From Dermatophilaceae bacterium (GTDB taxonomy: Bacteria > Actinomycetota > Actinomycetes > Actinomycetales > Dermatophilaceae), in assembly GCA_025924375.1 (NCBI GenBank), contig JAICIN010000001.1:5895-69894 (forward strand): a stretch of 64,000 nucleotides of DNA. The letters are read 5' to 3'. Positions 1 to 9,115 of this stretch are shown here, one piece after another. How positions within the stretch are numbered: the stretch's first letter is position 1; each line of letters begins with the position of its first letter. A model generated the notes under the pieces. It was given only the letters and a program-made list of their open reading frames with translations, was not told the origin of the DNA and made no database searches. The position numbers were made by a program, and so were the translations under genes.

Positions 1-626
1 CCCGCCCGGCCGACGACCGGCCCGGTGACGTCGAAGATCACGGTGTTGCCCGGCGCCACCCCGGCCTGCCGCGCGACGAGCCGCGGAAGCGCCTGGAAGA
101 ACACGTCGACGAACACCGAGGCGCCGGGCGAGTCCAGGTCGCCCGGGCGGTCGAGGGCGTGCCGGATGTCCTGCTCGTGGGTCCACAGGTCGAGGATCCG
201 CAGGCGCAGCGAGTCGCAGGCCGGCCGTGGTCCGTAGAGCGAGCGCAGCGGGGTCTCGGGTGTCAGGGCCGGGTCGGCGAGCTCGGTCATCCGGCGCTGC
301 AGCACGACCTCGAGCTCGTCGACGACCTTCGACCCGAGCATCGGTCGCCGCGCCTCGACCTGGCTCTCGATGAGCCGGCCGGTCTCGCTGCGCACGTGGT
401 CGTAGTCCGGCACGCTCACGCGCGGGAAGGTCGCGCCCGACATCCACAGCTCGAGCCCGACGACGTGCGAGAACTGGTCCTTGACGGTCCACCCCGGGCA
501 TGCCGTCTGCTTCTGGAAGTCGTCGGGGCCGCAGGTCCGGCCCAGGTCGAGGATGGCCTGGGCCGTCTGGCCGTAGGCGGCGACCAGCCCACCGAGGTCG
601 TCGGGGGCTGCCGGATGCAGGGGCAT
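1..626 (-). CDS. Maleylpyruvate isomerase family / DinB-like mycothiol-dependent enzyme; C-terminus runs off the window edge
   Basis: My own translation of the minus strand from ATG (complement of 624-626): MPLHPAAPDDLGGLVAAYGQTAQAILDLGRTCGPDDFQKQTACPGWTVKDQFSHVVG...DLWTHEQDIRHAL. The CPGWTV(K/R)D and WxHxxD(I/L) blocks are typical of the family. GC3 is high. This ORF is not in the track because it is open at position 1. Confidence 0.7.
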   Translation of the reverse strand, partial: MPLHPAAPDDLGGLVAAYGQTAQAILDLGRTCGPDDFQKQTACPGWTVKDQFSHVVGLELWMSGATFPRVSVPDYDHVRSETGRLIESQVEARRPMLGSKVVDELEVVLQRRMTELADPALTPETPLRSLYGPRPACDSLRLRILDLWTHEQDIRHALDRPGDLDSPGASVFVDVFFQALPRLVARQAGVAPGNTVIFDVTGPVVGRA

Positions 627-652
627 GCGCCCACCCTACTTAGGCTGGACCC

Positions 653-2644
653 ATGTCGACCCCCCGGACGAGTGCCCCCGCGCGGCCCCCCGCGGCCGCG
701 CTGCTCGCCGGCGGGCTGGTCGCGGTGCTGCTCGGCGCGCTGGTCGGGGGCGCGGCCACCGCGACCATCGTCGCCGACCCGGGGCCGCTCGTCCGCTGGG
801 GGATCCTCGTGGCCCGTGTGGTCCAGGACCTGGCGTCCGCCGCCACCGTGGGGCTGCTGGTGCTCGCCGCCTTCCTCACCCCGGAGACCACGCGCACGCA
901 CCGCCGCCTGACCGCCACCCGCCTCGCCGCGACCACCGGCGTGCTGTGGGTGGTCAGCAGCCTCGTCGGCCTCGTCCTCACGTTCGCCTCGCTCGCCGGG
1001 GAGAAGCTCTCCACCCCCGGGTTCCTCCAGCAGCTCTCGAGCTTCGTCCTCAGCCTCGAGACGACCCGGGTGCTCCTCATCAGCGCCGGCGTGGCCGCAC
1101 TGGTGACCGTCGGCGCGGCTCTCGCGACCAGCCGCACGGCCATGGCGTGGCTGGCCCTCCTCGCCGTGGGCGCCGTGCTGCCCCTGTCGCTCAACGGCCA
1201 CGCCGCCGGGGCCACCGACCACGAGACCGCCGTGAACGCGCTCGCGGCGCACCTGGTCGGCGTCGTCCTCTGGGTGGGCGGCCTGCTCGCCCTCGCCGTC
1301 ATGAGGCCGCTCCTCGGCGCCGACCTCCCCGTGACCGCCTCCCGCTTCTCGGTCCTCGCCGGCTGGTGCTTCGGCGTCGTGGCCGCCTCGGGCCTCCTCA
1401 GCGCCTGGATCCGGCTGGGGGGCCTCGGCGGCCTCACCACGGCATACGGGCTCCTCATCGTGCTGAAGGTGGCCGCTCTCGCGGCCCTCGGGTATGCCGG
1501 GTGGCGCCACCGCCGCACGCTGCTGGCCCGCCTGCACGTCGACCACCGCGATGGCGCGGCGTTCCTGCGCCTCGTGGTCGCCGAGCTCGCGGTCATGGGC
1601 GCGGCCGTCGGCCTCGGGGTGGCGCTCTCCCGCAGCGCCCCGCCGGTGCCCGAGACGCCGGTGCCCAACCCGTCGCCGGCCTTCGTCCTCACCGGCTACC
1701 CGGACCCCGGTCCGTTCACGCCGGTGAGGTGGCTGACGACCTGGCAGACCGACTGGCTATGGCTCTCCGTCGCCGTCGTCATGGTGGGCCTCTACCTCAC
1801 CGGTGTCCGCCGGCTCCGCCGACGCGGCGACCACTGGCCCGTCGGCCGGCCGGTCCTGTGGGTGCTCGGGTGGGCGTTCCTCGTCTACAGCCTCTCGGGA
1901 GCGCCCGGGGTCTACGGGCGGGTGCTGTTCTCGATGCACATGGTCATGCACATGACCGTCGCCATGCTCGTCCCCCTCCTGCTGGTCCCGGCCGCCCCGC
2001 TGACCCTGGCGCTGCGGGTGCTGCCCGCCCGGCCGGACAAGACGTGGGGGCCGCGCGAGGTCGTGCTCGAGGTCGTGCACTCGCGCTACCTGCGGCTCTT
2101 CGCCAACCCGGTCATCGCCTCCGCGCTGTTCTTCTTCAGCTTGGCGGTGTTCTACTACTCGCCGCTCTTCGACCTCGCGCTGCGCACCCACACCGGGCAC
2201 CAGCTGATGGTGCTGCACTTCCTGCTCACCGGCTACCTCTTCACGTGGGTGCTCATCGGCATCGACCCCGGGCCGCGCCGCTGGTCACCGCTGATCCTCC
2301 TCGTGATCCTCTTCGCGACGATGTCCTTCCACGCCTTCTTCGGCGTCGTCATGACGGACGGCACGACGCTGCTCGCCCCGCACTTCTTCGAGGCGCTGCA
2401 CCTGCCATGGATGACCGACCCGCTCGGCGACCAGCAGAAGGCGGGGGCGATCGCCTGGGGCGTCGGTGAGGCGCCCACCCTCGTGCTGACCCTGCTCGTC
2501 GCCGTTGCGTGGGTCCGCTCGGACCGGGCCGAGACGAAGCGGCGCGACCGGCAGGCCGACCGCGACGGGGACGCGGAGCGGCTCGCCTACAACGCCCACC
2601 TGGCCGACCTGGCCCGCCGCGACCGTTCAGGGAGGTCGTCATGA
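653..2644 (+). CDS. Bifunctional copper resistance CopD / cytochrome c oxidase assembly (CtaG/Caa3_CtaG-like) membrane protein
   Basis: 663-aa polytopic membrane ORF. The N-terminal half is CopD-like hydrophobic helices. The C-terminal half (WLWLSVAVVMVGLYL...MHMVMHMTVAML...HFLLTGYLF) resembles Caa3_CtaG. GC3 usage is clean. Confidence 0.8.
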   Translation: MSTPRTSAPARPPAAALLAGGLVAVLLGALVGGAATATIVADPGPLVRWGILVARVVQDLASAATVGLLVLAAFLTPETTRTHRRLTATRLAATTGVLWVVSSLVGLVLTFASLAGEKLSTPGFLQQLSSFVLSLETTRVLLISAGVAALVTVGAALATSRTAMAWLALLAVGAVLPLSLNGHAAGATDHETAVNALAAHLVGVVLWVGGLLALAVMRPLLGADLPVTASRFSVLAGWCFGVVAASGLLSAWIRLGGLGGLTTAYGLLIVLKVAALAALGYAGWRHRRTLLARLHVDHRDGAAFLRLVVAELAVMGAAVGLGVALSRSAPPVPETPVPNPSPAFVLTGYPDPGPFTPVRWLTTWQTDWLWLSVAVVMVGLYLTGVRRLRRRGDHWPVGRPVLWVLGWAFLVYSLSGAPGVYGRVLFSMHMVMHMTVAMLVPLLLVPAAPLTLALRVLPARPDKTWGPREVVLEVVHSRYLRLFANPVIASALFFFSLAVFYYSPLFDLALRTHTGHQLMVLHFLLTGYLFTWVLIGIDPGPRRWSPLILLVILFATMSFHAFFGVVMTDGTTLLAPHFFEALHLPWMTDPLGDQQKAGAIAWGVGEAPTLVLTLLVAVAWVRSDRAETKRRDRQADRDGDAERLAYNAHLADLARRDRSGRSS

Positions 2645-3441
2645 GGGTCGCGGTCGTCCAGGTCGCCTACGGCGACGAGGAACCCGTCGGCGAGCGGGTC
2701 GGCCGGGTCGCCGCACTGGTGCGTGCGCAGCGCGGCCACGACCTCGTCATCCTGCCGGAGCTCTGGGCGCACGGGGGGTTCGCCTACCGCGACTGGGAGT
2801 CGCGGGCCGAGCCCCGCGACGGCGACACCGCCCAGGCCATGGCCGCTGCGGCGCGCGACGCCGGCGTCATGCTCCACGCCGGGTCCATCGTCGAGCGGCC
2901 CCGCGACGGTGGGACCGGCCCGGAGGGCCACGGCCTGTGGAACACCTCGCTCGTCTTCGCTCCCGACGGCAGGCTCCTGGCGGCATACCGGAAGATCCAC
3001 CGCTTCGGGTTCGGCGCGGGGGAGCCGCGCCTCATGGACGCCGGGGAGGAGGTCGTCCTCGTCGACCTGCCGGGCGGGGTGGGTCGGGCCGGGCTGTCGA
3101 CGTGCTACGACCTGCGTTTCCCCGAGCTCTACCGCCGGCAGCTCGACGCCGGCGCGACGGCCTTCCTCGTGCCGGCGGCGTGGCCGGCGGCACGGGTGCG
3201 CCACTGGACCCTGCTCGCCCACGCCCGCGCGGTCGAGGACCAGTGCCTCGTCATCGCCTGCAACACCGCGGGCACGCACTCCGGCACGCCGATGGGCGGC
3301 CACTCACAGGTCGTGTCGGCACGCGGCGAGGCACTCGCGATGGCCGGTGCCGGCGAGGAGGTCCTCAGCGTCGAGGTGGACCTCGACGACGTCGCCGAGT
3401 ACCGCCGGACGTTCCCCGTCCTGGCCGACCGCCGGCTCTGA
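2641..3441 (+). CDS. Carbon-nitrogen hydrolase (nitrilase superfamily) protein
   Basis: Internal ATG of track ORF 2509-3441 overlaps the upstream stop (TCATGA). The protein starts MRVAVVQVAYGD. The Glu-Lys-Cys triad context is visible (ILPELW, YRKIHRF, STCYDLRFPE). Confidence 0.85.
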   Translation: MRVAVVQVAYGDEEPVGERVGRVAALVRAQRGHDLVILPELWAHGGFAYRDWESRAEPRDGDTAQAMAAAARDAGVMLHAGSIVERPRDGGTGPEGHGLWNTSLVFAPDGRLLAAYRKIHRFGFGAGEPRLMDAGEEVVLVDLPGGVGRAGLSTCYDLRFPELYRRQLDAGATAFLVPAAWPAARVRHWTLLAHARAVEDQCLVIACNTAGTHSGTPMGGHSQVVSARGEALAMAGAGEEVLSVEVDLDDVAEYRRTFPVLADRRL

Positions 3442-3442
3442 C

Positions 3443-3476
3443 GAGCGGGGCCGTCGTGCGAGCGGGGCCGTCGTGC
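3443..3476. repeat. Perfect tandem duplication of a 17-bp unit (GAGCGGGGCCGTCGTGC x2) just after the hydrolase stop
   Basis: Read directly: 3443-3459 and 3460-3476 are identical. Confidence 0.85.
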
Positions 3477-3484
3477 GCGTGGGC

Positions 3485-3721
3485 TCAGGCCGTCATGCGC
3501 CGGTGACGCTCGGCGACCTGCTCGGCCCGGCGGCCGTCCATGAACCCGGTGTCGGCGCCGCAGTCGTGGCAGACGACCATCGCGTGGCGGCCGAGACCGA
3601 TGACCTCGATCGCGTGGGGGTGGCACGTCTCCCCGACGTGGGCGTGGTCGCGACGGTGCACGGCCTGCGTGGTGCTGAGGGCGACGGGCATCGTCGTCGG
3701 GCTGATCCCCCTGTGCTTCAT
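3485..3721 (-). CDS. Small Cys/His-rich hypothetical protein (possible metal-binding)
   Basis: Track ORF 3485-3739 trimmed to ATG (MKHRGISP...), which is preceded by GAGGGAGG. GC3 usage is high. The protein contains CHPH...CHDC. Confidence 0.55.
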   Translation of the reverse strand: MKHRGISPTTMPVALSTTQAVHRRDHAHVGETCHPHAIEVIGLGRHAMVVCHDCGADTGFMDGRRAEQVAERHRRMTA

Positions 3722-3955
3722 GCGAAACACCTCCCTCACCCATCAGACGACGGGTGCTGGTCCCCGGTTGGCCAGATGGCCGAACCGTAACCAGACGGCA
3801 ACACCGTCCGGCGGTTCCATGACACCGCGCCACACCGACAGTGCGGCGCCGCCGCGCCGCCGGCCACCCGAACGGCCACCCCAGCCGGCCCGGTCGGGCC
3901 ACCTCCGCGTCACCCCGACGGCCCGGCCGCGGCCGCCACTGCCGACAATGGACCG

Positions 3956-5791
3956 GTGAACCGCATCCGTGTGCGCGCCCCGGAGCTGCAGGGCCGTGGC
4001 TGGCTCAACACCGGTGGCCGCGAGGTGTCGCTCGCCGGCCTGCGCGGCCGCGTCGTCCTGCTCGACTTCTGGACGTTCTGCTGCGTCAACTGCCTCCACG
4101 TCCTCGACGAGCTCCGGCCCCTGGAGGAGAGGTACGGCGAGGAGCTCGTCGTCATCGGCGTGCACTCCCCGAAGTTCGAGCACGAGGCCGACCCGGAGGC
4201 CCTCGCCGCGGCCGTCGAGCGCTACGGCGTGCACCACGCCGTCCTCGACGACCCGGGGCTGCTGACCTGGCAGGCCTACACGGCGCGCGCGTGGCCGACG
4301 CTGGTGCTCGTCGACCCCGAGGGCTACATCGTCGCCTCGATGTCGGGGGAGGGCCACGCCCACGGACTGGCGGTGCTGGTCGACGAGGTGCTCGCCGAGC
4401 ACCGCGCCAAGGGCACGCTGCGCCAGGGCAGCTCCCCGTATGCCGCGCCGGCCCCTGCCGCCACGAGGCTGCGGTTCCCGGGCAAGGCGGCCGTCCTGCC
4501 GGACGGCTCCTTCCTCGTCACCGACACGGCGCACCACGAGGTCGTGCACCTCGAGCCGGACCTGGAGACGGAGCGCACGCGGTACGGCGGCCCCGGAGTG
4601 CTCGCCGAGCCACAGGGCGTCCTCGTGCTGCCGGCCGACACCGCGCAGAGGGTCGGCTACGACGTCGTCGTCGCCGACTCGGTGCACCACCAGGTGAAGG
4701 GGCTGCGCCTGCGCGACGGCTCCTGGGTGACGCTGGCGGGCACGGGCCGACAGCTGCGTGCGCGCTCCGGTGGCGGCCGCGCCCTGGCCCAGGACCTCTC
4801 CACGCCCTGGGACCTCGCGTGGTTCGCGGACCGGGTGGTGGTCGCGATGGCCGGCACCCACCAGCTCTGGGCGCTGCACCTCGCCGTGGCCCCGGAGGAG
4901 AACACGGTCGCCGTCCTCGCCGGCACCTCGCACGAGGGGATCCGCGACGGGGCGGCGGACGAGGCGTGGTTCGCCCAGCCGTCGGGGCTCGCGACGGCGG
5001 CGGACGGGCGCAGGGTGTGGGTCGCGGACTCCGAGACGTCTGCACTGCGCTCGCTCGAGCTCACCGACGAGGGTTTCGTCGTGGCGACGCAGGTGGGACA
5101 GGGGCTCTTCGAGTTCGGCCACCGTGACGGCGTGGCCGACCAGGCCCTCCTGCAGCACCCCCTGGGGGTGACCGTCCTGCCCGACGGGTCGGTCGCCGTG
5201 AGCGACACCTACAACGGCGCCATCCGGCGCTTCGACCCCGTCACGGGCGAGGTGTCGACCCTCGCGACCGGCCTCCTCGAGCCCAGCGACGCGGTCGTGG
5301 AGACCGACCCCGAGACGGGCGCCGCGCGGCTCGTCGTCGTCGAGTCGGCTGCCCACCGGCTGGTGCGGCTTCCGTTGCCCGACAAGGCCCAGCGCGTCGA
5401 GGGTCGCGAGCACCGGACGCAGCGCCCACGCACGGAGCTCGCGAGCGGGCCGGTCCGCCTCGAGGTCGCCTTCACCCCGCCGGCCGGGCAGAGGCTCGAC
5501 GACCGCTGGGGCGACCCGACCCGCCTCGTCGTGTCGGCCACCCCGCCGATGCTCCTGCGCCACGGCGAGGGCGCCGCGGCCGGACTGAGCCGCGACCTCG
5601 TGCTCGACCCGACTGTCGGCGACGGCGTCCTCCACGTGGCAGTCCAGGCGGCGGCCTGCGACGGCGGCCCCGGCGGCGACGACGTGCCCGAGCACGCCGC
5701 CTGCCACCTCTACCAGCAGGACTGGGGCATCCCCGTCGTGCTGGTGCCCGGAGCCCCGGCTGAGCTGACCCTCGACCTGCGCGGCGTCTGA
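3956..5791 (+). CDS. Thioredoxin-like (redoxin) domain fused to an NHL-repeat beta-propeller
   Basis: The N-terminus VVLLDFWTFCCVNCLHV contains a CxxC motif, followed by IGVHSPKFEHE. The C-terminal part carries repeated ...V(A/S)D(S/T)xxHx(V/I)... NHL-like blades. Confidence 0.8.
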   Translation: MNRIRVRAPELQGRGWLNTGGREVSLAGLRGRVVLLDFWTFCCVNCLHVLDELRPLEERYGEELVVIGVHSPKFEHEADPEALAAAVERYGVHHAVLDDPGLLTWQAYTARAWPTLVLVDPEGYIVASMSGEGHAHGLAVLVDEVLAEHRAKGTLRQGSSPYAAPAPAATRLRFPGKAAVLPDGSFLVTDTAHHEVVHLEPDLETERTRYGGPGVLAEPQGVLVLPADTAQRVGYDVVVADSVHHQVKGLRLRDGSWVTLAGTGRQLRARSGGGRALAQDLSTPWDLAWFADRVVVAMAGTHQLWALHLAVAPEENTVAVLAGTSHEGIRDGAADEAWFAQPSGLATAADGRRVWVADSETSALRSLELTDEGFVVATQVGQGLFEFGHRDGVADQALLQHPLGVTVLPDGSVAVSDTYNGAIRRFDPVTGEVSTLATGLLEPSDAVVETDPETGAARLVVVESAAHRLVRLPLPDKAQRVEGREHRTQRPRTELASGPVRLEVAFTPPAGQRLDDRWGDPTRLVVSATPPMLLRHGEGAAAGLSRDLVLDPTVGDGVLHVAVQAAACDGGPGGDDVPEHAACHLYQQDWGIPVVLVPGAPAELTLDLRGV

Positions 5792-5922
5792 CGCCCGGCC
5801 TGACCAGCGGCCTCGACCGACGGCGCGGCGTTTCACGCCCGGCGCTTCCGGGCACCGGGTCACTGCAGTGGCAGGACCCCACGGCCGCGCACCGGCGTGG
5901 CCAGGAGCCAAAGGAGCCTCAC

Positions 5923-6162
5923 ATGGGCATCGGACTCGGCATCGTCCTCATCGTGGTCGGCGCGATCCTCGCCTTCACCAACCTCGTCGACAACGCGGTC
6001 AACACCAACCTCGACGTCGTCGGCTGGATCTGCCTCGCCGCCGGCATCCTGGCGGTCATCCTCGCCGTCATCATGAACGGCCAGCGTGCCAACACCTCGC
6101 ACACCGCCGTCGTCGAGCACCGCGACACCGGGGTCCCTCCGGAGGTCGACGACCGGCGCTGA
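5923..6162 (+). CDS. Small two-TM membrane protein (DUF6458-like)
   Basis: RBS AAAGGAG lies 7 nt upstream of the ATG. The protein reads MGIGLGIVLIVVGAILAF...WICLAAGILAVILAVIM. Confidence 0.65.
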   Translation: MGIGLGIVLIVVGAILAFTNLVDNAVNTNLDVVGWICLAAGILAVILAVIMNGQRANTSHTAVVEHRDTGVPPEVDDRR

Positions 6163-6190
6163 CCGGCGCACCCGAGCCCAGCACCACCAC

Positions 6191-6220
6191 GAGGGCGGCC
6201 CGCACCAGCGGGCCGCCCTC
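6191..6220. terminator. Perfect 12-bp-stem hairpin between convergent genes (candidate bidirectional terminator)
   Basis: GAGGGCGGCCCG-caccag-CGGGCCGCCCTC, read directly. It sits between the stops of 5923-6162 (+) and 6317-8191 (-). Confidence 0.5.
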
Positions 6221-6316
6221 GGCGTTCCCCGCGGAGGAACCGGCCGTGTGCCGTGGCGCCGGCTCCCATCGGTGCCGGCCCCGCGTGCGCGCCGGGACCA
6301 CCCGGCATACGGGATC

Positions 6317-8191
6317 TCAGAAGGCGGACTCGGGCACGTCCATGAGCGCGTTGTCGGTCGCCTCGGCGATCGCCCGCTCGGCGGCGATCCTCGGCAGCAC
6401 CGTGCGGGCGAAGAAGGACGCCGCCGCGATCTTGCCCTCGTAGAAGTCCCTGTCGCGAGCCGACGGACCGGCGTCGAGTGCCTTCCTCGCCACCTCTGCC
6501 TGCCGCAGCAGGAGCCACCCGATGACGAGGTCGCCGGCGGCCATGAGGAGGCGCGAGGTGTTCTGCCCGACCTTGTAGAGGTTGCGGACGTCGGCACCCT
6601 CCCCGGCCCGCGGGTCGGACACCATGAGCTGCTCGACCATGAACCCGAGGATCCCCTGCACGTCCTCGAGCCCCTTGCCGAGGAGCTCACGCTCCGCGGC
6701 GAGGAAGGCCGTGCCGTCGTCGGCCTTGGCCAGCTCCTGGATCTGCAGTGCCAGGTGGGAGAGGGCCTGGCCCTTGTCCTTGATGATCTTGCGGAAGAAG
6801 AAGTCCTGGCCCTGGATCGCCGTGGTGCCCTCGTAGAGCGTGTCGATCTTGGCGTCCCGGATGTACTGCTCGATGGGGTAGTCCTGCAGGAAGCCCGAGC
6901 CGCCGAGGGTCTGGAGCGACTCCGTGCCCAGGAGCACCCAGGCCCGCTCGGAGCCGACGCCCTTGACGATGGGCAGCAGCAGGTCGTTGACCCGGTTGGC
7001 GAGGTCGGCGGGGCTGCCCTGCTCCAGTGGCTCGCCTCCTCTCTCGAGGAAGGCCTGGTCGACGGTGTCCTGCTGGGTCGCGGTGTAGAGGACGAGGGCG
7101 CGCAGGCCCTCGGCGTAGGCCTTCTGCGTCATGAGCGATCGCCGCACGTCGGGGTGGTGCGTGATCGTCACCCGCGGCGCGGACTTGTCGGCCGCCCGGG
7201 TGAGGTCCGCACCCTGGACGCGCTGCCTGGCGTAGTCGAGGGCGTTGAGGTAGGCGGTCGACAGGGTCGAGATCGCCTTGGTGCCGACCAGCATCCGTGC
7301 GTGCTCGATGACGCGGAACATCTGCGCGATGCCGTCGTGGGTGTCGCCGAGGAGCGTGCCGACGGCGGGCTCCCTCTCGCCGAAGGTGACCTCGCAGGTC
7401 GTCGAGACCTTCAGGCCCATCTTGTGCTCGACGTTGGTGACGTAGGCGCCGTTGCGCTCGCCGAGCTCTCCGGTCTCGAGGTCCACCTGGAACTTGGGGA
7501 CGATGAAGAGGGAGAGCCCCTTGGTGCCCGGGCCGGCACCCTCGGGGCGCGCCAGGACGAAGTGGACGACGTTGTCGACCAGGTCGGACTCGGCCGAGGT
7601 GATGAAGCGCTTGACGCCCGTGATGCTCCACGTGCCGTCGCCGTTCTCGACGGCCCTCGTGCGCCCGGCCCCGACGTCGGAGCCGGCGTCGGGCTCGGTG
7701 AGCACCATCGTGCAGTGCCAGCCCTTCTCGACGACCCAGCGGGCCAGCTTCTGCTGGTCGGGGGTGCCGAGCAGGTGGAGGAGCTTGCCGAAGGAGTAGG
7801 AGGCGGCGTACATCGCGATCGCGGGGTTGGCGCCGAGGACCATCTCGTTCATCGCCCACTTCAGGCTGGGCGGGACGACCGTGCCGTCGAGCTCGCCCGG
7901 GACGTCCACGGCCCAGAAGCCAGAGTCGATGTAGGCGCGGTACGACCTGGCGAAGGCCTCCGGCACGTGCACCGAGAAGGTCGCCGGGTCATAGACCGGC
8001 GGGGTCCGGTCCGCCTCGGCGAACGACTCGGCGAGCTCGTGCTCGGCGAGCCGGGAGACCTCCTTGAGCATCTCCCGCGCGGTGTCGGCGTCCACGTCGG
8101 CGTAGGGCCCGTGGCCCAGCACATCCTGCCGGCCGAGCACCTCGAAGAGGTTGAACTCCAGGTCCCGCAGGTTGCTCTTGTAGTGGCCCAT
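6317..8191 (-). CDS. Long-form acyl-CoA dehydrogenase (FadE-type with N-terminal extension)
   Basis: 624 aa starting [20 protein letters not shown], with ...[10 protein letters not shown]...GLSLFIVPK...[31 protein letters not shown], which are classic ACAD blocks. Confidence 0.9.
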   Translation of the reverse strand: MGHYKSNLRDLEFNLFEVLGRQDVLGHGPYADVDADTAREMLKEVSRLAEHELAESFAEADRTPPVYDPATFSVHVPEAFARSYRAYIDSGFWAVDVPGELDGTVVPPSLKWAMNEMVLGANPAIAMYAASYSFGKLLHLLGTPDQQKLARWVVEKGWHCTMVLTEPDAGSDVGAGRTRAVENGDGTWSITGVKRFITSAESDLVDNVVHFVLARPEGAGPGTKGLSLFIVPKFQVDLETGELGERNGAYVTNVEHKMGLKVSTTCEVTFGEREPAVGTLLGDTHDGIAQMFRVIEHARMLVGTKAISTLSTAYLNALDYARQRVQGADLTRAADKSAPRVTITHHPDVRRSLMTQKAYAEGLRALVLYTATQQDTVDQAFLERGGEPLEQGSPADLANRVNDLLLPIVKGVGSERAWVLLGTESLQTLGGSGFLQDYPIEQYIRDAKIDTLYEGTTAIQGQDFFFRKIIKDKGQALSHLALQIQELAKADDGTAFLAAERELLGKGLEDVQGILGFMVEQLMVSDPRAGEGADVRNLYKVGQNTSRLLMAAGDLVIGWLLLRQAEVARKALDAGPSARDRDFYEGKIAAASFFARTVLPRIAAERAIAEATDNALMDVPESAF

Positions 8192-8220
8192 CGCCAGTCC
8201 CTCCGCGCGCGCCGGTCCCT

Positions 8221-8260
8221 TTACCAGCGGGTAACTTCTATCGTGCTACCGACGGGTAAC
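8221..8260. promoter_or_regulatory. Two copies of a palindromic TACC-N4-GGTAAC box upstream of the acyl-CoA dehydrogenase (candidate repressor operator)
   Basis: TTACCAGCGGGTAAC at 8221-8235 and CTACCGACGGGTAAC at 8246-8260, which is 30-70 nt upstream of the minus-strand start at 8191. Confidence 0.35.
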
Positions 8261-8392
8261 AAAAGCAAGCGTCGCGGGGTGTGAGGTGAGGCGGTGTCCC
8301 CGGGGTCTCGTGGGTGCATCCGCTGTTGCCATGACCCCAGCAGACCGACCCACGAGGTGCGGGTGCTGTTGCGGGTGCCCGGCAGCGACGGG

Positions 8393-9115
8393 TCAGGGCC
8401 GTGTGGTCTGCCGGTCGCGTCGCCGGAGGGAACGGGACCGCACCAGCCGGCCGTCGCGCACCTCGACGACGGGCCACCCGCGCTCGAGGGCGAGGGCGCG
8501 GAGCTCGCGGTCGGGGTTCACCGCGACGGCCCTGCCGACGCAGGTCAGGAACGGGACGTCGCTGATGGAGTCGCTGTATGCCGTGGAGCGGCTGAGGTCG
8601 TAGCCGCGCTCGGCGGCCAGTCGCTGCACCTCGGTGACCTTGCCCTCCCCGTAGCAGAAGGCGCCCGCGAGCCGGCCCGTGAGGCGCCCGTCGACGACCT
8701 CGCTGCGCGTCCCCACGGCACCCTCCAGCCCGAGGACGTCCGCGATCCGCTCGACGATCTCCTGCGGGCTCGCCGAGACGACGACCCGGTCCTCGCCGCG
8801 AGCCGCGTGCTCCTCGAGGAGCCGGCGGGCGGCCGGCATGACGCGCTCGGCCAGCTTCGGGATGAAGTCGTCCGCGAGGACGACGACGTCGTCGCGGGGG
8901 TGACCGGCGACGGCGCGCAGGATCCGCTCGCGCAGTGCCGCGGACCGCTCGTCGGAGGCCCCGTGGAGGACGAACCCCACGGCGTTGACGGCGTCGGCGA
9001 GCAGGTCGCGCGGCGGCACGAGCCCCCGCCTGAACGCCGCCACGGCGAGCGGGAAGTTCGCCGACCCGCGGATCAGCGTCCGGTCGAGGTCGAAGAACGC
9101 CGCTTCACGCGACAT
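8393..9115 (-). CDS. HAD-IB family hydrolase (SerB-like phosphatase family)
   Basis: MSREAAFFDLDRTLIRGS carries the DxD motif I, followed by ...VVSASPQEIV...YSDSISDVPFL. The start is either ATG at 9115 or the upstream codon at 9142. Confidence 0.8.
   Translation of the reverse strand: MSREAAFFDLDRTLIRGSANFPLAVAAFRRGLVPPRDLLADAVNAVGFVLHGASDERSAALRERILRAVAGHPRDDVVVLADDFIPKLAERVMPAARRLLEEHAARGEDRVVVSASPQEIVERIADVLGLEGAVGTRSEVVDGRLTGRLAGAFCYGEGKVTEVQRLAAERGYDLSRSTAYSDSISDVPFLTCVGRAVAVNPDRELRALALERGWPVVEVRDGRLVRSRSLRRRDRQTTRP

Noticed and set aside
416-1546. Long antisense or off-frame ORFs overlapping real genes. Examples from the track: 416-1546(-), 625-2469(+), 3743-5911(-), 6086-8284(+), 8985-11579(+), 15776-17761(-), 22239-24848(-), 30906-33272(-), 36433-39375(-), 60072-61559(-).
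   Set aside because: These are typical shadow ORFs of very high-GC DNA. Their translations are Arg/Pro/Gly/Ala-rich with no family motifs. Each overlaps, in another frame, an ORF with clear homology signatures and GC3 bias.
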